From: Mytilus trossulus
Lineage: Eukaryota
DNA length: 64,000 nucleotides
NCBI RefSeq assembly: GCF_036588685.1
Contig: NC_086373.1
Coordinates: 101,742,001 to 101,806,000, forward strand
Direction: 5' to 3'
The position numbers were made by a program, and so were the translations under genes. This document shows, in pieces, positions 35,713 through 45,900 of this stretch (position 1 is the stretch's first letter; every line of letters starts with the position of its first letter). Under the pieces are notes generated by a model. It was not told the origin of the DNA. It made no database searches and worked only from the letters and a program-made list of their open reading frames with translations.

Positions 35713-38700
35713 ATGGAAAGAAAACACTTAACACCAATCCTTCAAGGATATTCAACCTCGGTCAATCTAAATTCCCCATATAAATTTAGTACTTTTTATA
35801 ATTTGGTTAAAGGTGGCAATGCTGCAGCAGACAGATTATTCGATAAAAATGCACGTGGATATTCACGAATACTTCCGTGCAATGCCAGAAAATGACGAAC
35901 CTGTTCTAGATTACCTTTTGATAATACCATAAGGTCAACAGTGAACGGTAGAGCTTTTTCGCTTTCCGTTTCCTGCGACATTACATGAAAAACACAAAGC
36001 CTCATTTAACTAGCTACATGAACATAGCAAAAGCGTGGTATACAATATGTAGGACAAACAGGACGGGAGTTTTTTTAAATGAACACAGGAACATCTATAC
36101 CGCTTCTCCGAAAACCTAAGAAATTCAAAAGTATAATCTATCAACATTTAGGTAAACACAACCACAATATCAAATTTATTAGATTTCAACCGCTCGAAAA
36201 CCGGTTCAGAAACAAAAAGGGCAATCGCCTAAACAATTTGAAGATTCCAGTAAAACTATCGATCTGTCTTGGATTAAGCGTCTTCAAAAGCTTATTCCCA
36301 GGATCTAAATGACAATATACTTGGGCAAGGGAACATATTTACTATTTTTCTATTGATATCATGAATGTTATTGATAAAAAAACATCGAAATAATAGGTCT
36401 CATGGGAAACGTATCAATCGAAATCAACGAGTTAAACATCTTATATATTATACACTTGTTAATCTCCTATCTATATTTAAAAACAATGGAAGGCAATAGT
36501 TGTTATGTAAACTGGGTCAAATACCCATTAGTAAATTACACGATATTTTCAAAGAGTGTGACACTATCTCTTTCTTCAGCCCACTGTATGAATATTCTCG
36601 TATAATTACATTTTTTTGCCACCATAGGCTGTTCACGCGTATCGACAAACCTGAAGATCATAAACGTCATTGTGTGAAAATTAAATATATGAGCAGAGGT
36701 ATTAATTTTATCTACTTATCTTGTATATTTAATGACTCTACCGTTCAAAACTTTATACTTCCCTATTTTGATTACATAGTACCACCTAGAATTAACTGTA
36801 AATCGTCGAAGTTTAGATATGTTCCCTATAGCCATGTTATTACAGGGGAACTCAATATCGTCCAGGACAAAGAGGTTAAAAACTTTTTGAAAAAAGGACC
36901 TAAATATCGTCTTCCATCTAAAATAGATTGGAAAGAGTGTCGTCAAGTCACCAAAGATGCTCTTTCCTCGTTTTGAAAAAGCGGTGTAAACGGGAAAAAT
37001 CTGATAAAAAACTCTTGATTCTTAAAATAAATGTATGAATGTGATAGAGAATATAACCTTTTAAAAAAAAATTAGAAGTAAATAATAAAGTATATAATAC
37101 ACCTATTTCCAGAATACGAAATAAACGTCAAGAACTTTCAAAGCGGTTTGTGTTTTTACCGACCGACAAAGCAGCCAACAATGTGATGGTGATATGCCGT
37201 AAATACTACAAGGACGTTCTTAAGAATGAAATTTTAAATTTATCTACATTCAAGATCATCTGCCCCACAGAGAGTCATATAGTAAACAAACATATTACAA
37301 CCACATCAAAGCCCCAGGCTTCTTCTGAACATTTGGAGGTCCCTTCTATGTATATGCTACCTAAATTACACCAAAAAACATTTAAATATCATTTCATCTC
37401 GGCCTCTAGTTAGTGTTCTACCACTTATCTTTCAGTGTGTTTATCAAGTTCATAAACTTCTATTAAAGAGTTTATCATCGACTTCTGTAATAAAATATAT
37501 GAACATAGTGGTATGAACTATTTTTGGAGTGTACCAATTCTTTGGGTTCCTTTTTTAGATAAATTACGTGCTTTTGATGGTCTTTTTGATTCTGTTGACA
37601 GTTTGGATTTTTCTCCTCTTTACACTACACTTCCATACTTGGTAAAGCTGAATGCAAATAGTATATTTGCTGCAACTAATGTCAACCCTTCTTCTCTAAT
37701 GAGAAAGGTAAATATGCTAGATATACTTACTAGAGGTGTGATGAGATGATTGAAGCTGTTAATTTTCTACTTGATAATATTTATGTACGTTTCGGCAAAA
37801 AAGTTTATCGACAGGGTACTAATTGTGCCCCTTTCATAGCGGATATGTTTTTGTACTGTTACAAATCACAGTTTATGACTTAACTCGAGAAAGACTCGTT
37901 GAAATTGCAATTAATTGATAAATTCAACAACACTTACCGTTATCTTGATGACATTTTTTCGTTAAATAATCAAGAATTTTCTCAATATACTACTGAAATT
38001 TACCCCCAAGGAACTTAATTTAAATAAATCAAATTTATACGTTAATAACAGTCCTTTCCTGGATTTAGATATTTCGGTTTTAAACGAGAAACTCCACACT
38101 AAGATTTACGACAAAAGGGACGTTTGTTCGTTCTCTATTGTTAATTTTCCATTTTTCGATGTTGATGTTTCTTTGGCACAATCTTACGGTGTTTATATTT
38201 CACAATTCGTTCGCTATGCCCGTGTCTGTTGTTATGTTTTTTGATTTTAACGAACGCAATCTATGTATTACTGGTAAATTATTTAACCAGGTGTATCGCT
38301 ACCACAAATTTATTTAAACCTTTACTAAATTTTTCCATAGATATAAATATTTGGTTTTGAAATTGTAGGTTGTTCCTGTACATAACTTATTTCAAACAGG
38401 ATATAACATCCTAATTTTTACGGAAATGTTGTTAACCGTGCCCGGAAATTTAGAAATGATCCTTGTAAACTTATCGCTCCTTAAAATAAACTTATTCTAA
38501 AATGTAACTAATTCAACACTGTAATAAGATTATTAAATATTGTTTTTATCGGTATAAATATTGATTTTGTTATCAGGAAATTAATAGCAAACATCAATAT
38601 TACTAGTATGTTATACACATAAACACATTCATGGATCTACAATCTGTCGATACCTGTAACTTGTCATTGCACAATGTCATGTTTTCTCTGACTGTTTATG

Positions 38701-39260
38701 ACGCCTTTACATTAAATCAATTGGATGTTTGATGTGTACGGATTGATTGTTGAGTCTTAGATAAATGATTTGTTTGTCTACTCTCAGATCTGTTCCTAGT
38801 GTCTTTTTGTTGTCGGGATGTACAAGTACCCGGCCACGTCTAATTTGAGTCCATCTGATGAGCTAAGCCTTTTTCAACTGATTTTTATAGTTGTTCTTAT
38901 GTTGTACTGTTATACCACTGTCCCAGGTTAGGGGGAGGGTTGTAATACCGCTAACAAGTTTAACACCGCCACAGTTTTTATGTATGTGTCTGTCCCAAGT
39001 CAGGAGGCTGTAATTCAGTGGTTGTCGTTTGTTTATGTGTTCATATTTCGTTCATGTTTGATATAAATAAGGTCGATAGTTTTTTCGTTTGAATTGTTTT
39101 ACATTGCCATATCGCGTCCTTTTATAGCTGACTATGCGGTATAGGCTTTGCTCATGGTTGAAGGCCGTAAGATGACCTATAGTTGTTAATGTATGTGTCA
39201 TTTTGGTCTCTTGTGGACAGTTATCTCATTGGCAATCATACCAAATCTTCTTTTTTATAT
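35713..39260 (+). mobile_element. Decayed, near full-length Naiad-type Penelope-like retrotransposon (family B): N-terminal GIY-YIG endonuclease, then RT; putatively selenoprotein-encoding
   Basis: From ATG 35713: CNARK*RTC Zn motif, LI*LAT*..GIQYVGQTGR, QEH, IYQH..H..QPLE, WIKRLQ..LND (EN); NCKSSKF..HVITGEL linker; KGPKYR, PTDKAANN, LPKLH..FIS, DFSPLYTTLP, GTNCAP, YRYLDD, KIYDKRD, SYGVYISQFVRYARVC (RT); many frameshifts; 3' UTR to 39260. Confidence 0.88.
38688..38760 (+). promoter_or_regulatory. Type-II SECIS-like element in the 3' UTR of the Naiad element
   Basis: AUGA 38698-38701, 12-nt spacer, AAA 38714-38716, apical mini-stem, complementary 3' arm GUGUACGGAU, UGAU 38744-38747. Confidence 0.72.
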
Positions 39261-41520
39261 TTGAATTACACTTAAAACAAAACGATTAAAGAAGGGCAAT
39301 AGTAACCTCATCCAAATATCCATAAATGTGGACAATCAATTTACTTCTTTAGAATTTTTTAATATAGTATGAATGAAACAGAAACAACAAGAAGCTGACA
39401 AAAACTCCCATGTGTTATAATTTGCTTACTAGTATCTCATAATAATCAATATCAATATCAAAAAAGAATTTTGTTGCCAGGTGAAAGGAAATTCCAGTGA
39501 ATGTAAACGAATTGGAACTTATATAGCTGATCTTTGTTCACTTTAACATTGTAGTACTTTAACAACACTGCATTTGAGGAACCTCGTCATGCCTTTTTTA
39601 AAAGTATAGTATTATACAAACTCATCATAGATACCAGAATAAAGAAAAAAGTCGACACTCGAATAATACAAATTACCGGAAAGAGAAAAATATAAAGAAA
39701 TCGTATTTAAAATGTTGCTCTTAGTTGCGGTTGTTTGCGATTCGTTTCGTTGGTTGATATAGTCAAGACTTTAAGAGAAATCTATCCAAACAAGTACGAA
39801 ACTATGAAAATATAACATAGTTCGAACAGTTAATATCAAATTGATGTTGGCTGTTAATGGCCATAATTTCATGAAATACATAATGCATCTTAACAAATTA
39901 AGGCAATATGTAAATACCACTGACAACTGAAACCTTGGTGATTATGCGGAATGCTAAAAAACGAGGACATTATATAATAGTGGTTTGTGATTGATGACCA
40001 AAGATCATGGGATAGAGTGATAAAGTGTTCATTGTAGGACAACAACTCACTAATGTAATACAAAGTACAATATAGATCTTCGACCTTGCCTTCAATCACA
40101 TACATCATTCCATAGTCTTAAATCTCATTATGTTCACTTGACTTCAATTCCATTTAGCTCCTCCTTTGATTTACCAATGAGGTAATTTACAAATTGATTA
40201 CTTTATTTATCGTTGTTGGTTTACACTTGTGCATTCAATGTAATTACTCTCTGGAAACTGGTTAAGTTAACCATGATCTATGAGAATGGTTCACGCAATG
40301 GACTTCTATAGCACATGATGACAAATATACAGATATAAAGTCATCCTGACACAATCAGTCAGACCAAGAGAAAATAACCACCATTAGAGGACGAGCAAAA
40401 TATTTTATCTCCCTAAGGCAAAGCTGACCTTAGATAAATTTGGCCTTTTTTTTTTTTAACTTCTCTCGTTTTCATGTCTTAGACCACTTGGATTTCATTT
40501 ATTGATAGGATAAGGAGTGTTCCTGATTGGATTTAATCCAGAACAGCTCTTCGGACTGACAAACTTATAAAAAATGTTATTTTTATCGTCTATGTTCTTC
40601 AATTTTTGTTATAAAAATAATATAAATAAAAAAATTGTAAGATAAAATTTTGCATAATCTCGTCCCCTTTCTTTGACATAGAAACGTAGATAAAGTAGTC
40701 AAATTTCACTATCGTAACCGTCAACATACTGCAACTCGTTTCGTCGTACCATTTGCATCTGATATCGACATATTAATCTCTATTCAACATTTATTGATAA
40801 ATATCTGCTATGTTCTACCATTTTCTCTCTTAGTGCTGCTCTTGTCCTGTGTTGTTAAATATGTTTGTGTTTTTACATTTAAGTGATTTAACCTTTTGCA
40901 AGGCAATCATACCACATCTTCTTTTTATCTTATTTCATTCGCAGCGTTTTATTTCTCTTTTAACTTGATATATGGTCCTGGCAGTTGCCAATAATTGAAA
41001 AACCTTATGTCCATTTTGTATCATTTTTGTTGGTATCATAGGTACAGATACAAAATAAAATCATATAAAACCGTTTGAAAGAACATTAAAAAACAACGTT
41101 ATAAATTTCTTCGGTCAAAAGCGCTTTTCTGAATTTACCTTCATTAGGAACACTAAAAACCTAATATTTTAAAGCAAAGGATATTACAGTACCCAAACAG
41201 CTGAAGAGCTACTTAACTCAAAGGATATAAAAAATAAGCAAATTCATCTGAAGTCAACTTTAGTGTCTTATTATTTATAAAATTTACTGGCAGTACAAGA
41301 AGACACCATCTTGCGGTTTACTCTAATTTTAACCGTACGTTAATTTATTTCAACAAAATCTCATTCATAAATAACAGGCTTCAAATCATATAAATTAAAC
41401 TCACGTTACGTTTAAAAAAGACTCATCAGTGACGCTCCAAGTAAAAAAAAGTTAAAAGGCCATAAAGTACGAATTTGAAGAGCATTAACGACCTTACAGT
41501 AATAGGGGATATGTCTTGTC

Positions 41521-41543
<23 letters not shown>

Positions 41544-41551
<8 letters not shown>

Positions 41552-41793
41552 TCTAAAGATTTGCACAACGGTACTGATATAAGGTGTTATTAAACGAAAA
41601 TGTTGTTATAAAATCGTGTTGACAAATATTTCGGCTCAACAAATGGCCTTCTTCTTGTGTCACAAGTTTTAACAATACTGATACATAATGTATAAGGTGT
41701 GAAAATAGATCAGGTGATAATACAGGTAAGTTTTGGTCGATTGATTTTAATCCTGAATATCATAATTTAAACAAAACACTTTAAATCAATATA
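41544..41793 (-). repeat. Inverted copy of the Penelope 3' pLTR (pairs with 43563-43812)
   Basis: 250-bp reverse complement; I found one mismatch (41729 vs 43627). Confidence 0.93.
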
Positions 41794-41804
41794 TTTTCTT
41801 TTGG

Positions 41805-43517
41805 TTCTACCAAAAACTAGACTCTGATCCTACTACATCTTTTAGCAGAGATATTACTAATAGTTTGGTAGAAATGCATGCCGATGGTTTCATCGATGAC
41901 AAAACTCTTGAATATTTGAAACCAGAAAACCCAAAACCGGGCAGATTTTATTTATTACCTAAAATTCATAAGGCCAATAACCCAGGAAGACCTATAGTTT
42001 CAGCGAACGGTCATCCGACGGAAAAAATATCGGAATTTGTTGGCTTCCATCTTCGTCAACATGTTGAAGACTTACCATCTCACATCAAAGATACAACCGA
42101 TTATCTTAGAAAAATTCAGGCCTTAAACCCACTCCCCTCCGACACGACTCTTGTTTCCATGGATGTTACCTCCCTCTACACTAATATTCCACATGCAGAT
42201 GGCATCGATGCATGCAAAGAAGTTTGGAATTCCAGACCAGTGAAATATCCACCTACTGAATGCCTGGTCAAAATGCTCACGCTGGTACTTAAGAAAAACA
42301 ACTTCACTTTTGATGGAGATCATTATTTGCAAGTAAATGGAACTGCCATGGGCACCAAAATGGCTCCGTCATATGCCAACATATTTATGGGCAAATTAGA
42401 GAAACAACTCCTTGAAACTTCCATCGAAAAACCGCTTTCCTGGTTTAGATTTATAGATGATGTGGATATGAAATGGAATAAAAGCGACGAGGATTTAGAC
42501 ACTTTTATCACTCATGCCAACAACATACATCCAAGTATCAAATTTACTCATGAGAAGTCTAAATCCAAAATCGCCTTCCTCGATACTTCAAGTTCGCTCA
42601 CAGAGGGCATCATATCTACAGATTTATATTCTAAGCCTACTGACACTCATCAATATTTGTCCCCTAAAAGTTGCCATCCTGCTCATCTTACCAAGAGCAT
42701 TCCATACAGTCAGGCACTTAGAGTCAAGCGAATATGCTCCAACACAGAAACAACTAAAAGACAACTGCGTAAACTTGAAACTCGCTTGAAGAAAAGGGGC
42801 TACAAACACAGAAATATCAAAAAAAGCTTTCAGAAAGCGGAGTCAATTCCGAGGAGTGAACTATTGGAATACAAAGTTAAAAAGAAAAACAAAAGGACTC
42901 CATGTGTTCTAACTTATCACCCATCTCTCAAAAACAGCTTTGGTGTCATTCGTGAGCATTGGAAATCAGTTGAAAAGAATTCCAAACTGTCCAAGATTTT
43001 CCCTGAGCCTCCAATGATAGCTTTTAGGCAACCTAGTAGTCTACGGAACCTACTAGTGCGGGCTGAAGTGTCTGATAATAGAAGTACTCCTGGAGAATGT
43101 CGTTCTTGTGGAGAAAAACACTGCAAATGCTGTTTACAGATGCAGCATTCGTCAACATTTCACAGTAAGGCAACCGAAAATAACTATAAGATATTTTGCA
43201 ATGTTACCTGCAAAAGTATGAATGTTATTTACATACTAGAATGTTCGGTTTGTGGCCTCCAATATGTTGGTGAATCAAAGCAGCCTTTCCACAAACGCCT
43301 CAATGGCCATAGGAGTGATATATCTAAGAAGCCACTTCTTCCAGTCTCTCAGCACTTCAGACAGTCAGATCACAAACTTGATGACTTTAACCGCATGAAA
43401 ATTCTAGTGATTGAACAGAACATTCACTGGAGTGATGCACAGCGACAGGTTCGGGAAAGCTTTTGGATAAAGGAACTTAATGTACATCACCCAAACGGCA
43501 TCAATAAGAAATACTAA
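41805..43517 (+). CDS. Penelope RT + GIY-YIG endonuclease ORF (5'-truncated, no native start)
   Basis: [10 protein letters not shown] upstream of the listed ORF; [66 protein letters not shown] linker, [30 protein letters not shown]. Confidence 0.93.
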   Translation, partial: FYQKLDSDPTTSFSRDITNSLVEMHADGFIDDKTLEYLKPENPKPGRFYLLPKIHKANNPGRPIVSANGHPTEKISEFVGFHLRQHVEDLPSHIKDTTDYLRKIQALNPLPSDTTLVSMDVTSLYTNIPHADGIDACKEVWNSRPVKYPPTECLVKMLTLVLKKNNFTFDGDHYLQVNGTAMGTKMAPSYANIFMGKLEKQLLETSIEKPLSWFRFIDDVDMKWNKSDEDLDTFITHANNIHPSIKFTHEKSKSKIAFLDTSSSLTEGIISTDLYSKPTDTHQYLSPKSCHPAHLTKSIPYSQALRVKRICSNTETTKRQLRKLETRLKKRGYKHRNIKKSFQKAESIPRSELLEYKVKKKNKRTPCVLTYHPSLKNSFGVIREHWKSVEKNSKLSKIFPEPPMIAFRQPSSLRNLLVRAEVSDNRSTPGECRSCGEKHCKCCLQMQHSSTFHSKATENNYKIFCNVTCKSMNVIYILECSVCGLQYVGESKQPFHKRLNGHRSDISKKPLLPVSQHFRQSDHKLDDFNRMKILVIEQNIHWSDAQRQVRESFWIKELNVHHPNGINKKY

Positions 43518-43562
43518 CAGTTTTGTTTTCACTTATTTTTATTGTTAATATACACAGTCACG

Positions 43563-43812
43563 TATATTGATTTAAAGTGTTTTGTTTAAATTATGATATT
43601 CAGGATTAAAATCAATCGACCAAAACGTACCTGTATTATCACCTGATCTATTTTCACACCTTATACATTATGTATCAGTATTGTTAAAACTTGTGACACA
43701 AGAAGAAGGCCATTTGTTGAGCCGAAATATTTGTCAACACGATTTTATAACAACATTTTCGTTTAATAACACCTTATATCAGTACCGTTGTGCAAATCTT
43801 TAGACTGATATA
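43563..43812 (+). repeat. Penelope pLTR segment (direct copy)
   Basis: Reverse complement of 41544-41793. Confidence 0.93.
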
Positions 43813-43915
43813 ATTTTTTCCTTATCTGCATAGTATCGCCTATTCTAGACGATCCGGTACATAGTAAATTTGCTGGTTGGTCCTTTTTATAGACTTTTAT
43901 ATATATATATATATA

Positions 43916-44079
43916 ACTCGTCTAAACATCAACCCAACAATGTTAGATCTGTAAATTTTCATTCGCAAATTTTTTGTTCTTCCCTCGCCGGGATTCGAAC
44001 CCATGCTACTGTGATATCGTGACACCAAATCGCCTGCACTGCAGCCGTCCCGCTAGACCACACGACTACCTGGGCTCTC
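43916..44079 (-). mobile_element. tRNA-derived SINE-like element flanked by (TA)n
   Basis: Minus strand GAGAGCCCAGGTAGTCGTGTGG (A-box-like) ... GGTTCGAATCC (B box, 43991-44001), followed by a non-tRNA tail. Confidence 0.7.
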
Positions 44080-45508
44080 AAAATATATATATGCATAATG
44101 ATATTCATCTCCGCGCATTAAAAAAAATATAATACTAATCAGTACAAATGCACACACACATAGACAAAGATTTAACAGCTACATAATCTTTATTTTAGCC
44201 TTCTGTCAATTTGCGTGATTCATTTTCGACCACATCGTTACTTCAAAGTAAACGGAAATCGAATTCAAATCATATGAATGCTTTTTAGATGACTACAAAC
44301 TTTCTATCATGAAACGGAAACAAATTTGTTGTCATTAACGACCACGTAGATCCCGAAAATCTTTTGACAGTTTTCACAACAAATGCGCAATTGGTATTAT
44401 ATTGAGTGGAAGGAATCAATGACACAGTTAGTGGTGCAGTCATTATTCATGTTCTGTTTATTTTAAGTTATGCAGACCACTAGGTTGACTGAATATTAGG
44501 AATATTGCAGCTCTCGAACTTCTTCTGACTATCAATAATGTCCTTGCAAAGATGGTGTGATCGTTTGTTATCGAGTTGTATATATTAGGCAGACACATCT
44601 GGTCAGTAAAAGAAAAGCTAAATCCGATACCTGATGTAGTGTAAAGATAGTGTCACGCGTTACGAATCCTTGCAATAACTCTTTGATGGGTCTGTAGATT
44701 GTCTGTTGCAATGCTTATTTTCTATACATATTCAATACACCTTCAGTCCAATTCGGTATTTTTCTTATTTAACTTTCACACCTCTTTGTCGATCCTAATT
44801 TCATTAATTTCATATGTAATGGATGTAAAATGTGTCACTGGATTGCTTAGCAAATAACAATCCATCAATAAATAAATCAATCAATCAAATAAACATTGAC
44901 AGATAGTCAAATTGACCTCTTGGCACCTCTTTTGGTTAAAAAGAAGAAAAAAATAACAGAAATACCGAAAAGTCCCGTGTCAAATGGCAAAATCGAAAGC
45001 GCAAACATATCAAACAAATTGATTATAACTGTCATATTTCGGACTTTGTACATATATTTTCTTATGTACAAAAAAGGTAGATTAAACCTGGTTTTATAGG
45101 TAGGAAAACCTCTCACTTTTATGACTGTCGCATATAACTTCATTATATTGACAACAATGTGTGAGCAAACAGACATAATAGGTAAAATGTTAAGGCTTCG
45201 GTCAACATTGTGAAATAATCTCAATCACTATAAAAACAAATTACTATTTCAAATGTTCCTATTTTGGGTTACATGTATAGTATTCGAGAAATGATTATAA
45301 AGGTTTGAATCGTCCATAAGGAGCACATTGTATTTGTTAGAGCAGTTAACGATTCTGTTTTGTAATGTCCGGTACTTATTACATTTGCTTGTCGGTCATG
45401 TTCATAGACTTCTATATATGTTCTGTCTATGTGGCTGTGTTGTCTAAAGCGCTGGACATTCATTTTGAGATGCTTAATTCATGACTACCATTGATCAGGT
45501 AAACCATA

Positions 45509-45900
45509 ATTGTATAGTTCGTTCTTATGTTGTACTGTTATACCACTGTCCCAGGTTAGTGGGAGGGTTCGGATCCCGCTAACATTTGTAATCCCGCCAC
45601 ATTATGTATGTAAGTGCCTGTCCCAAGTCATGAGCCTGCTATTCAGTGGTTGTCGTTTGTTTATTGTTACATATTTGTTTTCGTTCATTTTTTTGTACAT
45701 AAATTAGGCCGTAAGTTTTCTCGTTTGAATTGTTTTACATTGTCATTTCGGGGCCTTTTATAGCTTACTATGCGGTATGGGCTTTGCTCATCGTTGAAGT
45801 TGCGGTACGGTGACCTACAGATGTTAAACTTTCTGTGTCATTCTAGTCACTTGTGGACAGTTGACTCATTGGCAAACATACCACATCTTCTTTTTTATAT
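45509..45900 (+). mobile_element. Family B tail copy
   Basis: Aligns by eye to 38885-39260. Confidence 0.8.

Larger units (their letters stand above)
41544..43898 (+). mobile_element. Young 5'-truncated Penelope-like element (Neptune type) with inverted pLTR, inserted in (TA)n
   Basis: Uninterrupted RT plus C-terminal GIY-YIG ORF; 250-bp inverted repeat; (TA)n at 41521-41548 and 43898-43915. Confidence 0.92.

Noticed and set aside
36080-36082. Fourth TGA in the Naiad endonuclease region (K-TGA-T-Q-E-H)
   Set aside because: Aligns with the conserved GIY-YIG Arg (R..EH); best explained as CGA>TGA CpG decay, not Sec.
38855-38885. CTGATGA in the family B 3' UTR as a hammerhead or second SECIS
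   Set aside because: No downstream GAAA or stem III; the spacing to AA/GA is too short for a SECIS.
41544-43812. DNA transposon with 250-bp TIRs
   Set aside because: The ORF is RT + GIY-YIG, and element sequence extends ~85 bp beyond the right repeat, so this is an inverted pLTR.
43960-44079. Genuine tRNA gene
   Set aside because: A and B boxes are present, but I cannot fold a proper cloverleaf or anticodon arm; the non-tRNA tail and TA flanks fit a SINE better.
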